NCBI GenBank assembly: GCA_963666565.1
Contig: OY762911.1
Location: 4,352,001 to 4,416,000 of the forward strand
Direction: 5' to 3'
Length of the DNA stretch: 64,000 nucleotides
Origin: Thermoanaerobaculia bacterium
GTDB lineage: Bacteria; Acidobacteriota; Thermoanaerobaculia; Multivoradales; Multivoraceae
A program made the translations under genes and the position numbers. Shown piece by piece: positions 11,292 through 26,103 of the stretch (its first letter is position 1; each line of letters begins with the position of its first letter). A model generated the notes under the pieces. The model was given only the letters and a program-made list of their open reading frames with translations. It made no database searches and was not told the origin of the DNA.

Positions 11292-12890
11292 ATGAGCATG
11301 AACCCGAACCTGCCAGGACTCCGCGCCGCGGCTACCGTCACATGCCTGCTGGCCGCGCTACCGGCGGCCGCGCAGGACAGTCCGCTGCCGGACCTCTTCT
11401 CCGACGTGATCGACGTCCGCGTGGTCAACGTCGAAGTCGTCGTCACGGACAGGAGCGGGAACCGCGTCCGGGGCCTCCGGCCGGGAGACTTCGAACTCCA
11501 CGTGGACGGTGAACCGGTACCGATCGACTACTTCACGGAAGTCGACGAGGGCCGCGCGCTGGAAGCGCCCGACGAAGGCGTCGGCAACGTTCCCGCCCTG
11601 ACCCCGGACGAGCCGGTCGGCACGAGCTACCTCGTCTTCATCGACGACCTCTTCGCGATCAAGCAGCGCAGGGACCGGGTGCTGAAGCGCCTGGAAGAGG
11701 ATCTGGTCCGGCTCGGGCCGGCCGATCGCGTAGCGGTCGTGGCCCACGACGGCCGAGAGCTCACCCTGCTCACGGACTGGACCGGCGACCGCGCCGGCAT
11801 CGAGACCGCTCTGCTGGAGGCGCGGGAACGCAAGCCGTACGGTCTGCTGTACCGGTACGGCATGGGCTCGGAACAGGGCGACAAGACCCGGCGATCTGTG
11901 ATGGCCGCCGCCGGCGCCGTGCGCAGTTTCGCCGACGCGCCGGGCCGCAAGGTCATGCTCCTGCTGATCGAAGGCTGGGCCACCGTGTCCGACACCTGGA
12001 ACTTCAGGTCGGCCTACTACGCAGCGTCCGCCGGCGCAACGCTCGACCGGCTCTACGGGCCTCTGGTCAACGCCGCGAACCTGGTCGGCTACAGCCTCTA
12101 CCCGATCGACCTTCCCGGGTTGCAGGGCGCGCCAGGCTCTCCGATCGCCGGCTTCGGCACGGCAGGCGTGGTGCCAGTTTTCACCGGCGCCATCGGAGGG
12201 TACGAGATGCGGAGGCACGAGACGTGGGAAGGCATACCCGAGCGGCGATTCCACAATGTCCTCCAGTTTCTGGCCGAGGAAACCGGCGGCCTGCCGATGA
12301 TCAACTCCTTCAGCAAGAGAGCCCTCGCGGAGACGGCGGCGGACACCCGTTCCTACTACTGGCTCGGCTTCGACCCTCCCCGCAACGAGGACGATCGCCT
12401 TCACGACATCGCGGTGCGGCTGCCCGGACATCGCGGCTTCCGAGTCCGAACACGGGAGCATTACCTGGACATGTCCAAGGGGACGGAGGTCGGGATGCTG
12501 GTCGAGGGCGCCCTTCTGCTCGGCGGTTCACCCGGTGCCGAATCGCTCGAGGTGAGTTTCGGTGAGCCGAAGAAGGCGGGTTTCCGGCGCCTTGACGTGC
12601 CGATGACGATTGCGTTTCCCCTGGAAGACGTGGAGCTGCTGCCCGTGAACGGCCAGTGGATGAACGAACTGGAGTTCACGATCCGCCTGATGAACAAGTG
12701 GGGCGACCAGGCGACGCCGCCGGCCGTGAAGATCCCGGTGGTCATCCCGAACGAACCGACCCGCGGCGACTTCTTCGTCTTCGAGACGGACCTCAAGATC
12801 CGCAAGCGCGAGCACCGCTTCGTCGCGGCGGTCTACGACCCGCTCACCGACGAGCTGCTGTCGACGAGAGGCACCGTCGGACCGAGGTAG
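11292..12890 (+). CDS. VWA-domain protein, paralog of the upstream gene
   Basis: Same motifs as 9559-11229. Start at 11292 follows GAGG; 11232 is an alternative start. Confidence 0.85.
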   Translation: MSMNPNLPGLRAAATVTCLLAALPAAAQDSPLPDLFSDVIDVRVVNVEVVVTDRSGNRVRGLRPGDFELHVDGEPVPIDYFTEVDEGRALEAPDEGVGNVPALTPDEPVGTSYLVFIDDLFAIKQRRDRVLKRLEEDLVRLGPADRVAVVAHDGRELTLLTDWTGDRAGIETALLEARERKPYGLLYRYGMGSEQGDKTRRSVMAAAGAVRSFADAPGRKVMLLLIEGWATVSDTWNFRSAYYAASAGATLDRLYGPLVNAANLVGYSLYPIDLPGLQGAPGSPIAGFGTAGVVPVFTGAIGGYEMRRHETWEGIPERRFHNVLQFLAEETGGLPMINSFSKRALAETAADTRSYYWLGFDPPRNEDDRLHDIAVRLPGHRGFRVRTREHYLDMSKGTEVGMLVEGALLLGGSPGAESLEVSFGEPKKAGFRRLDVPMTIAFPLEDVELLPVNGQWMNELEFTIRLMNKWGDQATPPAVKIPVVIPNEPTRGDFFVFETDLKIRKREHRFVAAVYDPLTDELLSTRGTVGPR

Positions 12891-13072
12891 CGCCTAATGT
12901 CAGCCTTTCGCTGCGGCCAGCGCCTTCCCTCAACCGTCAACGCTCGCCGAACCGCCTAGACCTCGCCTACGGACATTGGTTGGCACAGTTTGCGCGCCTC
13001 GCCTGAGCCTCTTGCAAAGCTCTCACCCGCCCGCGAGCTCGGTCCGGTGGCAAGACGCGCTCCCGGTCCGCG

Positions 13073-16000
13073 TCAGAAACTGAACGTCGCTGACATCGAG
13101 ACCCGTCGCGGCCGCTGATAGCAGATGTACCGCGACGTGCAGAATTCGCCCTCGTCGGTTACTCGCTGACCCTCCTGGTTGTTCGTCACGTTACTCACGT
13201 TGAGCACGAGACTGCCTTGCAGGTCCCCGCGAATGCGGAAGCCCCACGAGGCTCGCAGGTCCACGTTCCAGATCGGATTATGAGGCTCCCGACTCCCACG
13301 CGGCTCGAGGTAGATCGCGGTACCACGCCCCATGATCGCCTGCGTCGGATCGCAACCTTCGAACGTGCTGTTGCAGCCGCCCAGGAAACCGCCCGTCTGC
13401 GGCTGCCAGGGCTTCCCGGAACGCCATGAGAACGAACCGCCGAGCGTCAGATGGTGGCCCGTACTGGCGAGGTGCCAAGTCTTCCAGCCGAAGCTGTTCC
13501 ACACGAACTCGTTGTTCTCTCCCACCGTGCCGTACCGGTTGATCGTCGACACCGGCTGACCGAGAAACGGCGAAAGCAGCGCCTCGCAGTCCACCGGATA
13601 GGGCCTCACAAGCTGGGTACCGTCGGCATTGAACACGGGTTGGTCGTCGCCGTCCCTCACCAACTGGTCGGCAGCGCACGAGTCGATGTGGAACTGCTGC
13701 AGGACGACATCGAGATTCCGGCCGTAGTCCGAGTTCGTGTTGTCGAACAGTCCGCCCCAGAAGTGGCCTTTCGCATCCGCGTAGGTCAGGTTGTTGTAAA
13801 GGGCCCAGTTGTCGCGGAAGTTCCGGTTCAACTGGAGTTGCAGGGACTTGTACGTGCGCTTGCCCTCGTCGAAGTTGGCCATCACCTCCGGATCGACTAC
13901 GCCCACGGCGCCCAGAACCTCCTCGTAGTCCTTGTAGTTCTCCGTGAAGCGGAAGTAGTCGCCGTCGGGAACGCGCTGCAGAGTCGTGCCGATAGAGTTC
14001 TTGAAAGTCCAATAGATGGCGCTTCCCTGGAAGTACCACCGGGGATTGAACGCCCAGCGCAGGCTGAGATCGAGCTCGTCCTTGTAGTACGGATCGATAT
14101 CGACCTGGGGAATCACGCCAGCGTCGATCTGCTGCCACATCACGCCAGGACGCAGCTTTCCGATCAGCCCCGTGTAGCCCACGCCCCGGCAGACGTGCCG
14201 CAGGAAGTACGCGGCATAGTCGTCGCAGTAGATGAAGCGATCCCAGGCGTTCGTGCCGTTCCATCCCTCGAGGAGATAGTTGTTCGAGAGATCCTGCGGC
14301 AAGTGCTGAAAGGCGCGGCCCAGGCTCAAGCTCAGCAGCACCCGGCCGTCGCCACGGAAGTCGTAGGCGCCGAAGAGCCTTGGGGAAAGGTCCGTCGAGT
14401 CGATCACGGTGCGGCCCACGTCATTCTCGTGAACCTGGTCCTCGTAGCGGAGACCGACGTTGAAGGTCCAGTGATTCCCCACTGAGAAGCGATCCTGAGC
14501 GAAGAAAGCCGTGTTGGACGAGGTCGTTCCGTGCCGAATCGGTTCGCCTTCGAGGTCCGTCGGCGTGTAGTCCTCCAGATAGCAGAGCCGGTAGCCCAGG
14601 CGAATGATGCTGCAACTGTCGAAACCGGACGGACTCGACACGTCGAACACGTTGCCTACGTACAGGTCGTTCTTCTGAAGATCCTGTTCCCAGGCAACAC
14701 TCTGCCAGTCGAAGCCGAAGAGAGCTTCGTGGTTCTCGTTGGCGAACCAGGTCACGCGTGCGTTCGACTGATCCCGTGGATAGTCGTTGCGCCCGAAGCC
14801 GTTGTCCAGAAGCCAGCCGTTCCACCAGTGCTGTTGCCCGCCCCTGTAACCGATGTAGGCGTTGAAGTTGTTGCCCGGACTATGGGGGCCGTTGTTGTTC
14901 GGCGGATAGCGCGGATCTTGCTGCTTCTCTGCCAGGGCGGACGCGAGATCGTAGCCGTCGCCGGCGGCCAGCGGTTTGTGCTCGCTCGAATCGTGAGCGG
15001 CAAGCTTGAACTCCAGAAAGACGTCCTGGCTGGCTGCCCAGTTCCAACTACCCGTCACGAGTTCGCCGCCGAAGATGTGCGGGGTAGCCGTGTACCGGTC
15101 CGCGGGCAGGTCGCCCAGTATGAAGGTGACGTCGAGAGGCGACGAATTGTAGTTGGCGATGAGCGAGTGGGAAGGACTTGGCTGGAAGTTCAGCTTGGCG
15201 TTCCGGCTCCCCACGTAGGCCGAGTTGTCGATGATGTCGCCACTGAAGGTCTCCTGGCTGCTGAAGGTGTTCGTGTCAGCCGCGGCCACGAAGAACCAAG
15301 CCTTGTTGCGGACGATGGGACCGCCGAGAGACCCCTGCAGCGTGAGGTCGGAGTAGTCCTTCTCGCGCTCGTTCCGCTTGAAGAAGTCCGGCTCGCACGA
15401 AGGCCGGAGGTAGTTGTTCTGGGGCTGGACGATCTTCTGCCGCTGACACCACCACCGCTCCGCGAGCTCGGGATGAGACTTGTACTCGGAAACCCAGTCG
15501 CCCTGCTGGCGGTGGACGAAGTAGTCGCCGTGGAATCGATTCGTCCCCGACTTGGTGACGACGTTCGTGACGCCGCCGACCGCCCGGCCGTACTCCGCGC
15601 CGCCGGTAGTCGACTGCAGCGTCGTGGAGGCAACGGTGATGTGCGGCAAGTACATGCGCGAACCGCCGCGACGGGTGTAGGTGGTATCCACGCCGTCCAC
15701 GAACACCGCGCCCTCCATCCATCTCGAGCCGTTCGAGCCCGGGTACTCGTCGGCCAGATCGCCATCCGAGGTCACGCCCGGGAGCAGCGCCAGGCCGCTG
15801 TAGTAGTTGGTGTTCACCGACAACACGTTGCTCGCGACGTCCGATGTGATCGTGCCGGCGGACGTCGATTCGAAGCGGTTGATGACGGGCGCTTCCGCGG
15901 TGACGGTGATCTCGCCCTCCGCCTCGAGCGCCATCGTCAACTCGATCTCCGACCGGCCGCCCGGAGTGACGTTGACCGTCGCCTCGGCCGTCCGGTAGCT

Positions 16001-16249
16001 GTCGAGCGTGCCCCGGACCGCGTACGCGCCCGGAATCAGCAGAGCGAACCGGTAGCCGCCTTCCGTCCCGGTGATCGCGACCCTCTCACCGCGGTCGCCG
16101 GCGATCGTGACCGTGACTCCCGGCATGGGGTCTCCGTTCGAGTCGACAGCCCGTCCGAGGACGACCCCCGTCTCGGGACTGTCCGCAACGGCGGGCGGCG
16201 CCAGACCGAAGAGAACGAGGGTTCCGAGCAGTGCCAAGGTACGTCTCAT
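13073..16249 (-). CDS. TonB-dependent receptor-like outer-membrane protein with N-terminal carboxypeptidase-regulatory-like domain
   Basis: Signal peptide, PGVTVT, VDGVD, AEYG...NVVTKSGTN plug motifs, C-terminal Phe; RBS GGAGG. Confidence 0.9.
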   Translation of the reverse strand: MRRTLALLGTLVLFGLAPPAVADSPETGVVLGRAVDSNGDPMPGVTVTIAGDRGERVAITGTEGGYRFALLIPGAYAVRGTLDSYRTAEATVNVTPGGRSEIELTMALEAEGEITVTAEAPVINRFESTSAGTITSDVASNVLSVNTNYYSGLALLPGVTSDGDLADEYPGSNGSRWMEGAVFVDGVDTTYTRRGGSRMYLPHITVASTTLQSTTGGAEYGRAVGGVTNVVTKSGTNRFHGDYFVHRQQGDWVSEYKSHPELAERWWCQRQKIVQPQNNYLRPSCEPDFFKRNEREKDYSDLTLQGSLGGPIVRNKAWFFVAAADTNTFSSQETFSGDIIDNSAYVGSRNAKLNFQPSPSHSLIANYNSSPLDVTFILGDLPADRYTATPHIFGGELVTGSWNWAASQDVFLEFKLAAHDSSEHKPLAAGDGYDLASALAEKQQDPRYPPNNNGPHSPGNNFNAYIGYRGGQQHWWNGWLLDNGFGRNDYPRDQSNARVTWFANENHEALFGFDWQSVAWEQDLQKNDLYVGNVFDVSSPSGFDSCSIIRLGYRLCYLEDYTPTDLEGEPIRHGTTSSNTAFFAQDRFSVGNHWTFNVGLRYEDQVHENDVGRTVIDSTDLSPRLFGAYDFRGDGRVLLSLSLGRAFQHLPQDLSNNYLLEGWNGTNAWDRFIYCDDYAAYFLRHVCRGVGYTGLIGKLRPGVMWQQIDAGVIPQVDIDPYYKDELDLSLRWAFNPRWYFQGSAIYWTFKNSIGTTLQRVPDGDYFRFTENYKDYEEVLGAVGVVDPEVMANFDEGKRTYKSLQLQLNRNFRDNWALYNNLTYADAKGHFWGGLFDNTNSDYGRNLDVVLQQFHIDSCAADQLVRDGDDQPVFNADGTQLVRPYPVDCEALLSPFLGQPVSTINRYGTVGENNEFVWNSFGWKTWHLASTGHHLTLGGSFSWRSGKPWQPQTGGFLGGCNSTFEGCDPTQAIMGRGTAIYLEPRGSREPHNPIWNVDLRASWGFRIRGDLQGSLVLNVSNVTNNQEGQRVTDEGEFCTSRYICYQRPRRVSMSATFSF

Positions 16250-16570
16250 GAGCCGATCCTCCTTTCCTTACTGGCTGGCCAGCCAGCAAGAATGAGAGTT
16301 CATCCGAATCTCCGGGGCGGCCCAGCCGGAGAATCGGTATGAACAAAGAGCATCGGATGTCTGGGGACCTCCGACCCCCGGCTGCCCCGACCGGAGATAG
16401 CTGCCTGTCGCTATGTGAGCGGCACTATAGCAGCGTCGCGGAGGGCACGGACACCTGCCGGCCAGCACCCGCGCGGCGCGACCCCGCGCCACCGGCGTTC
16501 CAGTCCGTACGCCCGTCATCGAGCGCGTGGATGGCAGGCCGGCGCACCGACAACGCCGACACGGGCGGCG

Positions 16571-19500
16571 CTACGCGCCGGCGGAACCCACGGGCGCCCT
16601 CTTGCGCGGCGCCAGCGCGCCCGCCAGCGTCCGCCCCACCCAGGCCCGGCCGTCCTCGATCAACGTGTAGAACACCGGCACGGCCAGCAGGGTCAGCAAG
16701 GTTGCCGCCGCCATGCCGCCGATCAGGGTCAACGCGAAGCTCTTGTAGCTCAGGCCCATCTGCGTCGGTTGGCCGAACAGCAGCGGGACCATGCCGCCGA
16801 TCGTGGTGAGCGCCGTCATCATGATCGGCCGGAAGCGCCGGCCCGCGGCCTCGAGCAGCGCCTCGGCCCGTTCCATGCCCGCGGCGCGCAGCCGGTTGAC
16901 CGAGTCCAGCAGCACGATCCCGTTGTTCACGACAACCCCGATCAGGATGATCAGCCCGACCAGCCCGAGGAAGTCGAGGTCGCGCCCGGCGAACAGGTGG
17001 ATCCAGGTCACCCCCATGCTGGCGAGCGGAATCGTGACCAGGATGGCGACCGGCAGCAGGAAGCTCTCGAACAGGAAGCCCATCAGGAGGTAGACGAAGG
17101 CGATCGACATGAGCGCCGCGATCATCAGGTTCCGGGTCTCCTCGGCGGCGACGTTGCGCACCAGCCGCGCCCAGGCCACGCCTTCGGGCAGGTCGGTCCG
17201 CGCGGCGACGGCGCGCACGGCCCGCCGCGCCTCGCTCTCCCGGCCCTCTTCGAGCTCGACCGTGATCCGGCGCGCGGTCTGCTTGTCGCGGCGGGAGATC
17301 CGGGTCGCCGACGGCTGCTGGCGCACGTCGACGAGGGTGCCGATGGCGAGCGCCTCGCCGCTGCCGGCCGGCACCGAGAAGTCGCGGAGCTCGGCGAGGC
17401 TCTGGCGGTCCTCCTCCTCGAAGCGGATGCGCACCGGAATGTCCTGGCCGCCGTAGTAGATGCGCGGCAGAGCCTGGCCGCGCAGCGCGTAGCCGACCAT
17501 CGTCGCCAGGGTTCGCGGGTTGACCTGCTGACGCATCGCGAGGTCCCGGTCCAGCACGAGGGCGAGTTCGTTCGGCGCCTCGTCGGCCGCCTTCTTCACC
17601 GCGAGCACCCCCGGAACGCGCGCCAGCCGGTCCTCGATGCCGCTCGCCACCTCTTCCAGAACCTCGGCGTCCTCGCCGAACAGGGTCAGGGTCTCGAGCG
17701 CCTTGTCCGTCGTTTCCTGCTCCGACGCCATCCCCGTGTGGAAGCGGGTTCCGGGCATCTCGGGCATCAGGTCGATCACCCGCTCGGTGATCTCGCGGGT
17801 CTGGAGACCGAGATCGGAGTCCACCGCCACGATCCCCTGCACCTGGCCCCAGGTGCGCTCGTGAAACAGGACGAGGTACTCCAGCCCGAGCTCTTCCCGG
17901 ACGCCCGCCAGCCTGTCCTCGGCGCGCGCGAAGTACTCGATCGTCTCGTCGAAGGAGATGTTCCGGGGCAGCCGGACCTCGATGTTGAAGAAGGCCTGGT
18001 CGTCCTCCGACATCGGCACGACCTCCAGCCGGCCCCGGGCCGCGAACTGGGTCAGCCCCAGCGCCGCCACGAGCAGCAGCACCACGTCGAGCCGCCGCCT
18101 CAGGCCGAAGGCGAGCATGCCGCCGTAGGCGCGGTTCAGCAGCCCGAAGGTGGCCTCGTAGGCGCGGCGCAGGGCGACGTTCGAGGCGTCCCGGACCCGC
18201 CGCAGCGCTCCCTGCTCCTCGGCCCGCCTCGAAGGCAGCGTCACGTAGACGGCGAGCGGCACCACCACCAGCGCCACGACCAGCGACGCGAGCAGGGAGA
18301 CGGTGATCGGAATGACCAGCCGGAGCAGCATGAACTGCCCCTGTCCGTCGACCAGCGACACCGGCAGGAAGACGATCACCGTCGTCAGGGTGGCGGTGGT
18401 GATCGCCAGCGCGATCTCGCCCGCTCCCTGGAGCGCGGCCTGGCGGCGCCCCACGCCGCTCTGGTGCAGCCGGTGGATGTTCTCGGCCACGACCACCGAG
18501 TTGTCGACCAGCAATCCGACCGAGATCATCAGCCCGAGCAGCGAGATCACGTTGAAGGTCTCGCCGAAGAAGTACATCGCGACCACCGCCGCGACCATCG
18601 AGAGCGGAATCGAGAAGGCGATGACGAGCGACATCCGCAACCGGCGGAGGAAGAAGAAGAGGACGATCATCGCGAAGATCGCTCCGATCCGGCCGCTCGA
18701 CAGGAGCACGCCCATCGAGTCGCGGATGATCTCGCCCGAGCTCATGATCGCGTCGACCTCAAGGGCGGCCAGCCGGGGATTCCCGGCCAGTTCCCCGATC
18801 AGCGCCTCGACCTCGCCGGCCACTTCCAGCGCGTTCGCCTCGCCCTCCTTCTGCACCTGGATCGCATAGGCCGGCAGGCCGTTGACCCGCACCCGGAACT
18901 CGTCGTCGGGCACGTCGTAGCGAATCGAGGCGATGTCGCCGAGGCGCACCGTGTCGGTGACCCACATGTCGCGGACGTTCTGGGGTGCGGGGTACCCCGC
19001 CACGGACCGCAGCAGGAGCTTCCGGTCGCCGGCGCGGACGTTGCCGGACGCCAGCGTGAAGTAGTCGCTCGCCAGGTCCTGGGCAATCTCGAAGATGTTG
19101 AGACCGGCGGCCTCGACCCGCTGCCTGTCGAGCTCGATCAGCACCTCCCGTTCGAGCAGGCCCTGGGCGTCGACCGCGGCCACGCCGGGCAAGCGCTCCA
19201 GCTTCAGGACGACCTCGTTCTGGATCAGGTTGTAGACGTCCGCCGTCTCCTCCTCGACGATCAGGCCGACCATGGCCACGGGCATCAGGGTGTCGTCGTC
19301 CTTGCGGATGAAGACCTGCTCGACGTCGTCGGGCATCCGCGCGCGGGCGCGCTCGATCCGGTCGCGGACTTCCCGGTAGGCGACGTCCATGTCCGTCCCG
19401 TGCGCGAAACTCAGGAAGACCTGGCCGAAGCCGACGCTGCAGTACGAGTACTGGTTCTCCAGTCCGCGGACGGTGGCCAGTTCCTCCTCCAGCGGGATCG

Positions 19501-19725
19501 TGACCTTGTCCAGCACCTCCTGGGGCGGCGCGTCCCGCCACGGCACGGTCACGCGCAGGAAGGGCGAACTGTAGCCGGACGGGATCAGCTCGATCGGCAG
19601 CGACAGGGCCGCGACCAGGCCCATGACCAGCACCGCGCCGACGACGACGAGCACGCCGACGCGGCGCTCCAGCGACAGCCGGGGCAGGGAGTTGCCCAAT
19701 CCACCGGGGTTCGTTCCGCCGGGGA

Positions 19726-19729
<4 letters not shown>
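16571..19729 (-). CDS. RND efflux permease (AcrB/AcrD/AcrF family), subunit 2
   Basis: GLLVDNSVVVAENI, GVVVNNGIVLLD and RFRPIMMT motifs. ATG at 19729 overlaps the upstream stop. Confidence 0.92.
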
Positions 19730-23268
<3,539 letters not shown>

Positions 23269-23297
23269 GCGGCGCTCCTCTCTCTGTCGGTTGGCGG

Positions 23298-24488
23298 TCA
23301 GCTCGCGGGCTGGTACGTCGGGCCGGAGGACGCGCCGACTTCGGCCGCCGAGCCGAGCGCTTCGGCCGGGTCGAGCAGGCGGATCCGGGCGCCGTCCTTC
23401 AGGCCGGCCTGCCCCGCCACGATCAGGCGTTCGCCGTCGGCCAGGTCGCTCTCCAGGTGGACCACGTCCTCGCTCTCGACGAGGACGCGGACGAGCAGCC
23501 GCTCGGCCCGGGGACCGGCGTCGTCCTGGGTCACCCGGAAGACGAAGACCTGCTCCTTGTCGTAGACCAGAGCCCGCTTGGGTGCGAGCAGCGCATCCTC
23601 CAGGGCGGCGGCCACCAGGTCGACCTCGACGTACATGCCGGGCAGCAGGCCCTGGTTGCCCGGAATGCCGAGCGTCACCTTGACCGTGCCGCTCTGCGGA
23701 TCGACGACGGGCGAGATGCGCTCGATCGCGGCCTCGCGGGAACCGGCGAGCGACTGCGCCAGGATGCGGGCCGGCTGGCCGACGAACAGGCCGCTCAACC
23801 GGCGCTCCGGCACGAACACCCGCGCCACGATCGAGTCGAAGTCGACGATCTCGAACAGCTTGGCGTGGGTCTCGACGTGGTCGCCGACGTTGACCAGCCG
23901 CTCGGTGACGACGCCGGTTATCGGCGCCAGCACCGTCGCGTAGCCCAGCTCCCGCTCCGCGTCCTCCAGCGCGAGCTCGAGCTGCTCGGTGTCGTAGCGC
24001 GCCTGGTTGTACGCCTGCTCGCTGATCAGGTCCTGCTCGAAGAGGCGCGCCTGCCGCTCGTACTCCAGGCGGGAGCGCTCGAGCTGGCTCTCGACCCGCT
24101 TGAGCGCCGTGCGCTGCGCCTCGTCCTCGAGCCGCAGCAGCGTCTGGCCGGCGCGCACCGCGTCGCCCTCCTCGACGAGGAGGTCGGTCACGTGGCGCTC
24201 GGCCTCGGAGAGCACGTCGACGCGGCTCTCCGCCTCCAGGTTGGTCGAGAACCTGAGGACGGACTCGATCCGGCCGCGGAACATGGGCAGCGCGGCGACC
24301 GGGATCGCATCGCCGGCGGCCGCCGCGGCGGCTTCGGAAGTCGGCGGTTCGCCGGCCATGCCGCTGTCGAACGCACAGGCGGTCGCAAACAGCGCGACCA
24401 GGAGCATGAGAAAGAGAAGGGAAAGAGCCGGGGGCGTCAGGCGGATGCCCCGCCGTCCGGCCACTCGGTGCTTGTGTGTATGGGGCAT
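23298..24488 (-). CDS. RND periplasmic adaptor (membrane fusion protein)
   Basis: VEEGDAVRAGQ lipoyl half, APITGVV, ISPVVDPQSGT, LLPGMYV. Start is uncertain (24488 vs 24590). Confidence 0.88.
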   Translation of the reverse strand: MPHTHKHRVAGRRGIRLTPPALSLLFLMLLVALFATACAFDSGMAGEPPTSEAAAAAAGDAIPVAALPMFRGRIESVLRFSTNLEAESRVDVLSEAERHVTDLLVEEGDAVRAGQTLLRLEDEAQRTALKRVESQLERSRLEYERQARLFEQDLISEQAYNQARYDTEQLELALEDAERELGYATVLAPITGVVTERLVNVGDHVETHAKLFEIVDFDSIVARVFVPERRLSGLFVGQPARILAQSLAGSREAAIERISPVVDPQSGTVKVTLGIPGNQGLLPGMYVEVDLVAAALEDALLAPKRALVYDKEQVFVFRVTQDDAGPRAERLLVRVLVESEDVVHLESDLADGERLIVAGQAGLKDGARIRLLDPAEALGSAAEVGASSGPTYQPAS

Positions 24489-24636
24489 CGCTCGCTCGTC
24501 TTGTCGGCGTTGGGAGAGGTGAACGGGCCGCGAGGACCTTCGCCGCAGCCGGTTCTCCCGGCTGCCGGGCCTGGCAACTGCCCGCGTCACAGAGGAATAC
24601 GCCGCGAGCCGCGCGTTTGTTTCCGTCGGATCGGGC

Positions 24637-25797
24637 TCAGGTCGAGAGTTGGCTCTCAGCCAACCGCGCCCAGTACTTGGCGCCGATGGTCAGCAGGTCG
24701 TCGTTGAAGTCGTACCGGGGCGTGTGCAGCATGTCGCTGTCGCCGTTGCCGATCATCATGAACGAGCCGGGCCGCTCCTCGGCCAGGAACGCGAAGTCGT
24801 CGGAGCCCATCAGCGGCTCCATCTCGTCGTCGACGGACCAGCCCATGCTGCGGGCGGCGGTCGTCATCTCCTCCGTCTCGCGCGGCGCGTTGACCGTCGC
24901 CGGGTAGTAGCGCTCGTAGTCGACCTTGGCCGACGCGCCGTGGGCCGCGCAGACGCCGTGGACGACGCGTTCCAGCCCCTGTTCGAGGAGGTCCTGCACT
25001 TCGCGCAGGAAGGAACGGACGCCGCCGGCGAGGTACGCGGTCTCCGGGATCACGTTGAAGGCCTCGCCGGCATGGCTCATCGTCACGGACACGACCGCCC
25101 GGCGCCGCGGATCGACGTTGCGGGACACCAGGGTCTGGAGGCCCAGCACGACCTGGGACGCGGCGACGATCGGGTCGATGCCGCTGTGCGGCCAGGCGCC
25201 GTGCGTTCCGCGGCCGCGGACCTCGATCTCGAAGTGGTCGATCGCGGCCATGAAGGGGCCGCTGTTCGTGGCGAAGGCGCCCGCCGGCACGCCGGGAAAG
25301 TTGTGCAGGCCGAAGACCTTGTCGGCCGGGAAGCGCTCGAACAGCCCCTCCCGCACCATGACTCCGGCGCCGCCGTCCTTCTCCTCGGCGGGCTGGAAGA
25401 TGAGCTGAACCGTGCCGTCGAAGTTGCGGGTCTCGGCAAGGTAGCGGGCCGCGCCCAGCAGCATCGCGGTGTGGCCGTCGTGCCCGCAGGCGTGCATCTT
25501 CCCGGCCGCCGTCGAACAGTGCCCGAACTGGTTCTGCTCGTGGATCGGCAGCGCGTCCATGTCGGCCCGCAGCGCCACCGCGCGATCCGAACTGCCGGCC
25601 CGGATCGTCCCGACGACTCCCGTCTTCGCGATGCCGTGATGCACCTCCTCGATGCCGAACGACCGCAGCCGCTCCGTCACGATCTGCGAAGTCCGCTCCT
25701 CCTCGAAGGCGAGCTCCGGGTGGCGGTGGAAATCGCGCCGCCATTCCGTCAGCTCGTCGCGCCAGCCGTCGATGCGGCCGTAGTCGTCGGAGGCCAT
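24637..25797 (-). CDS. M20D amidohydrolase (hippurate hydrolase-like)
   Basis: HRHPELAFEE, LRADMDAL, MHACGHDGH and FQPAEE motifs. Confidence 0.95.
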   Translation of the reverse strand: MASDDYGRIDGWRDELTEWRRDFHRHPELAFEEERTSQIVTERLRSFGIEEVHHGIAKTGVVGTIRAGSSDRAVALRADMDALPIHEQNQFGHCSTAAGKMHACGHDGHTAMLLGAARYLAETRNFDGTVQLIFQPAEEKDGGAGVMVREGLFERFPADKVFGLHNFPGVPAGAFATNSGPFMAAIDHFEIEVRGRGTHGAWPHSGIDPIVAASQVVLGLQTLVSRNVDPRRRAVVSVTMSHAGEAFNVIPETAYLAGGVRSFLREVQDLLEQGLERVVHGVCAAHGASAKVDYERYYPATVNAPRETEEMTTAARSMGWSVDDEMEPLMGSDDFAFLAEERPGSFMMIGNGDSDMLHTPRYDFNDDLLTIGAKYWARLAESQLST

Positions 25798-25884
25798 GGG
25801 CGATGCAGTCTAGCTCCAACGAGGCCTCGCCTCGGACCGACGAAAGGCGAAACCGAGGAGGCCCCACACCGGGTGCGCCAGGGC

Positions 25885-26053
25885 GCCATCCGCTGGATGG
25901 GCGAGCCTGCCATCCGCTGGGTGCGCGGGTCTGCCATCCGCTGGGTGCGCGGGTCTGCCATCCGCTGGGTGCGCGGGTCTGCCATCCGCTGGGTGCGCGG
26001 GTCTTCTGACCCGCATCCGCCGCAGGCGGCCAGGAACGCGCCGCGAAGCGGCG
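25885..26053. repeat. 24-bp tandem repeat (about 5 units) running into a full REP-like element
   Basis: GCCATCCGCTGGGTGCGCGGGTCT x4 plus one diverged unit at 25885-26004, ending in TCTGACCCGC and the extra hairpins. Confidence 0.9.
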
Positions 26054-26103
26054 GCGACTGCAGAACACCGTCGGCGGATCCCGGTGTAGTTTCGCGCCCA
26101 GCG

